From positions 62,001 to 126,000 of the forward strand of contig MCFE01000164.1 of NCBI GenBank assembly GCA_002104905.1: a DNA stretch of 64,000 nt, in the 5' to 3' direction. This DNA comes from Basidiobolus meristosporus CBS 931.73 (lineage: Eukaryota > Fungi > Basidiobolomycota). The notes below the pieces were generated by a model, which saw only the letters and a program-made list of their open reading frames with translations, searched no databases and was not told where the DNA came from. Numbering within the stretch: the stretch's first letter is position 1; each line of letters begins with the position of its first letter. Below are positions 62,270 through 64,000 of this stretch, one piece after another. A program made the position numbers and the translations under genes.

Positions 62270-64000
62270 ACAAGCCATCATACATAACTCATTTGGTTGT
62301 TTTCAATTTTTTATTAACTGGCTTCCTCCCAATGGAAATGTAATTATATCCAACCTCACGTTCTCTCTTTCCCACCATGATGTATCTCCTATTTTATGTA
62401 GCCATTTCTGTTCTTCTGATAGACAAACTACATTCAATATCGAAAGCTCAATTCCTTCTACAGAACTGACCATTTTTGCATGACTCCTTCTTTTGCGTTC
62501 GCTCCATTCCTTGTCAATTGTTCAGATCATGTTTGGTGTGTTCAAGCGATTTGTTTGTTGGTGACTACAAGAAAGATGAAGTTCACACTCTGTGCATTGA
62601 CAAGGTGTTTTGCTGACGGGAGCTGGGATATATATGACTGGTTGATTTGTTGAAGCATGTGTGTTGCCGACTAAAGCGGGCTTGTTTGGGACCTCCCTAG
62701 GTATGGGGCACTATTTGCGTTCGCGTGCTTCTTCGCAACAGCGAGTTACGCTAGGTTGTCCAGTCGTTTCGCATACCGGAAAATCCCTTAAGCACGAAGC
62801 GCAACCAAGTTGCCCGCCGGCGATTTTCGCCCAAACCTGCGAGTATATCCCCCTTTCCGTAAAAGAGGATTCCAGCAGTGGAAAGTGGAGTGCACCCGGT
62901 CTCGACCGAACTTACCAAAAGCCCATAAAACAGCCAGGATTCTTGCCTCGGACGCGAAAATCCATTGTCCGGGAACACCCTGGGAGATCGCCATCTCGAA
63001 GGAGCGAGATCTGTATGAAGTTAATTCTTCTTCTTCTGGGTTAAATCCAGACCAGACCTACTTAAACCCAAGGTGCTGCGTTGCCACAGGCCAGCCATTG
63101 GACAGGATCCGTAGTATATATATAGGCGGCATGATTTTGCATCATGCCGCCTGTGGATGCCATTCCAAAGAAATCCTCTCTTCTTACTTAGCACTATTTT
63201 GGGATCTAGATAGTTCCGAGGGTCACTACCATCTCACCGGTCCGATGTGTTTAGTGGTAGCTGCGCATGAATATAGGCGCTGGACTTCCTATTTGGTGGA
63301 TTACCTTGTAAGGCAAGGGATCACAGTACAGAAAAGAGCTCATTGCTTGTGCGATATGCCACCAAGTGCCAACCTCCCAATTGGAAGGTCAATGGCTGAA
63401 TATGGCTGACATTGTTTTAAGATTAACCTGCGCGATGCCGATCAATACAAGGCCAACTCCACTCACTCTGAATGGTGGCTCCCATGAATTAGCATCCGTG
63501 TTAGTCTTGATAAGATTATCCTAAAGGGTATCGGGAACCAGCAACCATTGCTCACTGGAGAGAATGTTCTTTGGCACATATGCGTAGCATTGGTGGGTAA
63601 GCGATCAGGGGAAGCGGCGAAGTTCCGGGCAAATACGAATGCGTCACTCATGGCGGAAATCTCGGGAATTTTATCGTTGGGGGAATTGACTAAGGGAAAT
63701 ACATATGGTACAAGTGCGAATTGTCTACGCTCTAACGATATTACTTGACCCTTCATAGCCATCCTCTTGGCTGGGGGTTGCTTACAAGGCTGCAGTAGAT
63801 TGGATCAGAGGGTGACTTGTGCCTGCGGGCAAACACAAGGGATATTGATATATGATATCTTGGAAATGATTAAAGTGGGAAGAAACCTGGGGGATTTTTA
63901 CAGTGAGTGATGAAACAAAAAGTGAGCCAAAATGACGATATGATGTGGACTGGAATGTGGGATGCTTGTTATGGTTATGATTCGTCCAAGGAATTGCTCT

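Overview
Eukaryotic, fungal-type window. An early-diverging lineage is suggested by the gene set and intron style, but this is inference only. Five host genes are supported: RPS21 (35984-36244 +), a SEC2-like Rab GEF (36740-38146 -), COX23 (39769-40105 +, 1 intron), a HAL/SAT4/HRK-type Ser/Thr kinase (44812-46118 -, 1 intron) and YPD1 HPt phosphorelay protein with a poly-Glu tail (61545-62269 +, 2 introns). They sit in CpG-rich islands (~35.4-48.7 kb and ~60.2-64 kb). These islands alternate with CpG-depleted blocks of degenerate, nested transposons: a Ty3/gypsy element and its LTRs, two Ty1/copia families, CACTA/EnSpm Tnp2-type transposase remnants and a repeated orphan ORF block. One copia family has 349-bp LTRs and a half-tRNAiMet PBS and occurs as at least 8 nested pieces. 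The most unusual items are: (i) two copies of a ~720-bp foldback element with ~345-bp inverted arms and an AAT target duplication, both inserted into other transposons; (ii) repeat-restricted C-to-T decay at CpG and also CpA; (iii) a copia family that repeatedly inserts into its own copies and LTRs; (iv) a copia LTR carrying a long open frame fused to gag. All comparisons were made by eye; no database searches were run.
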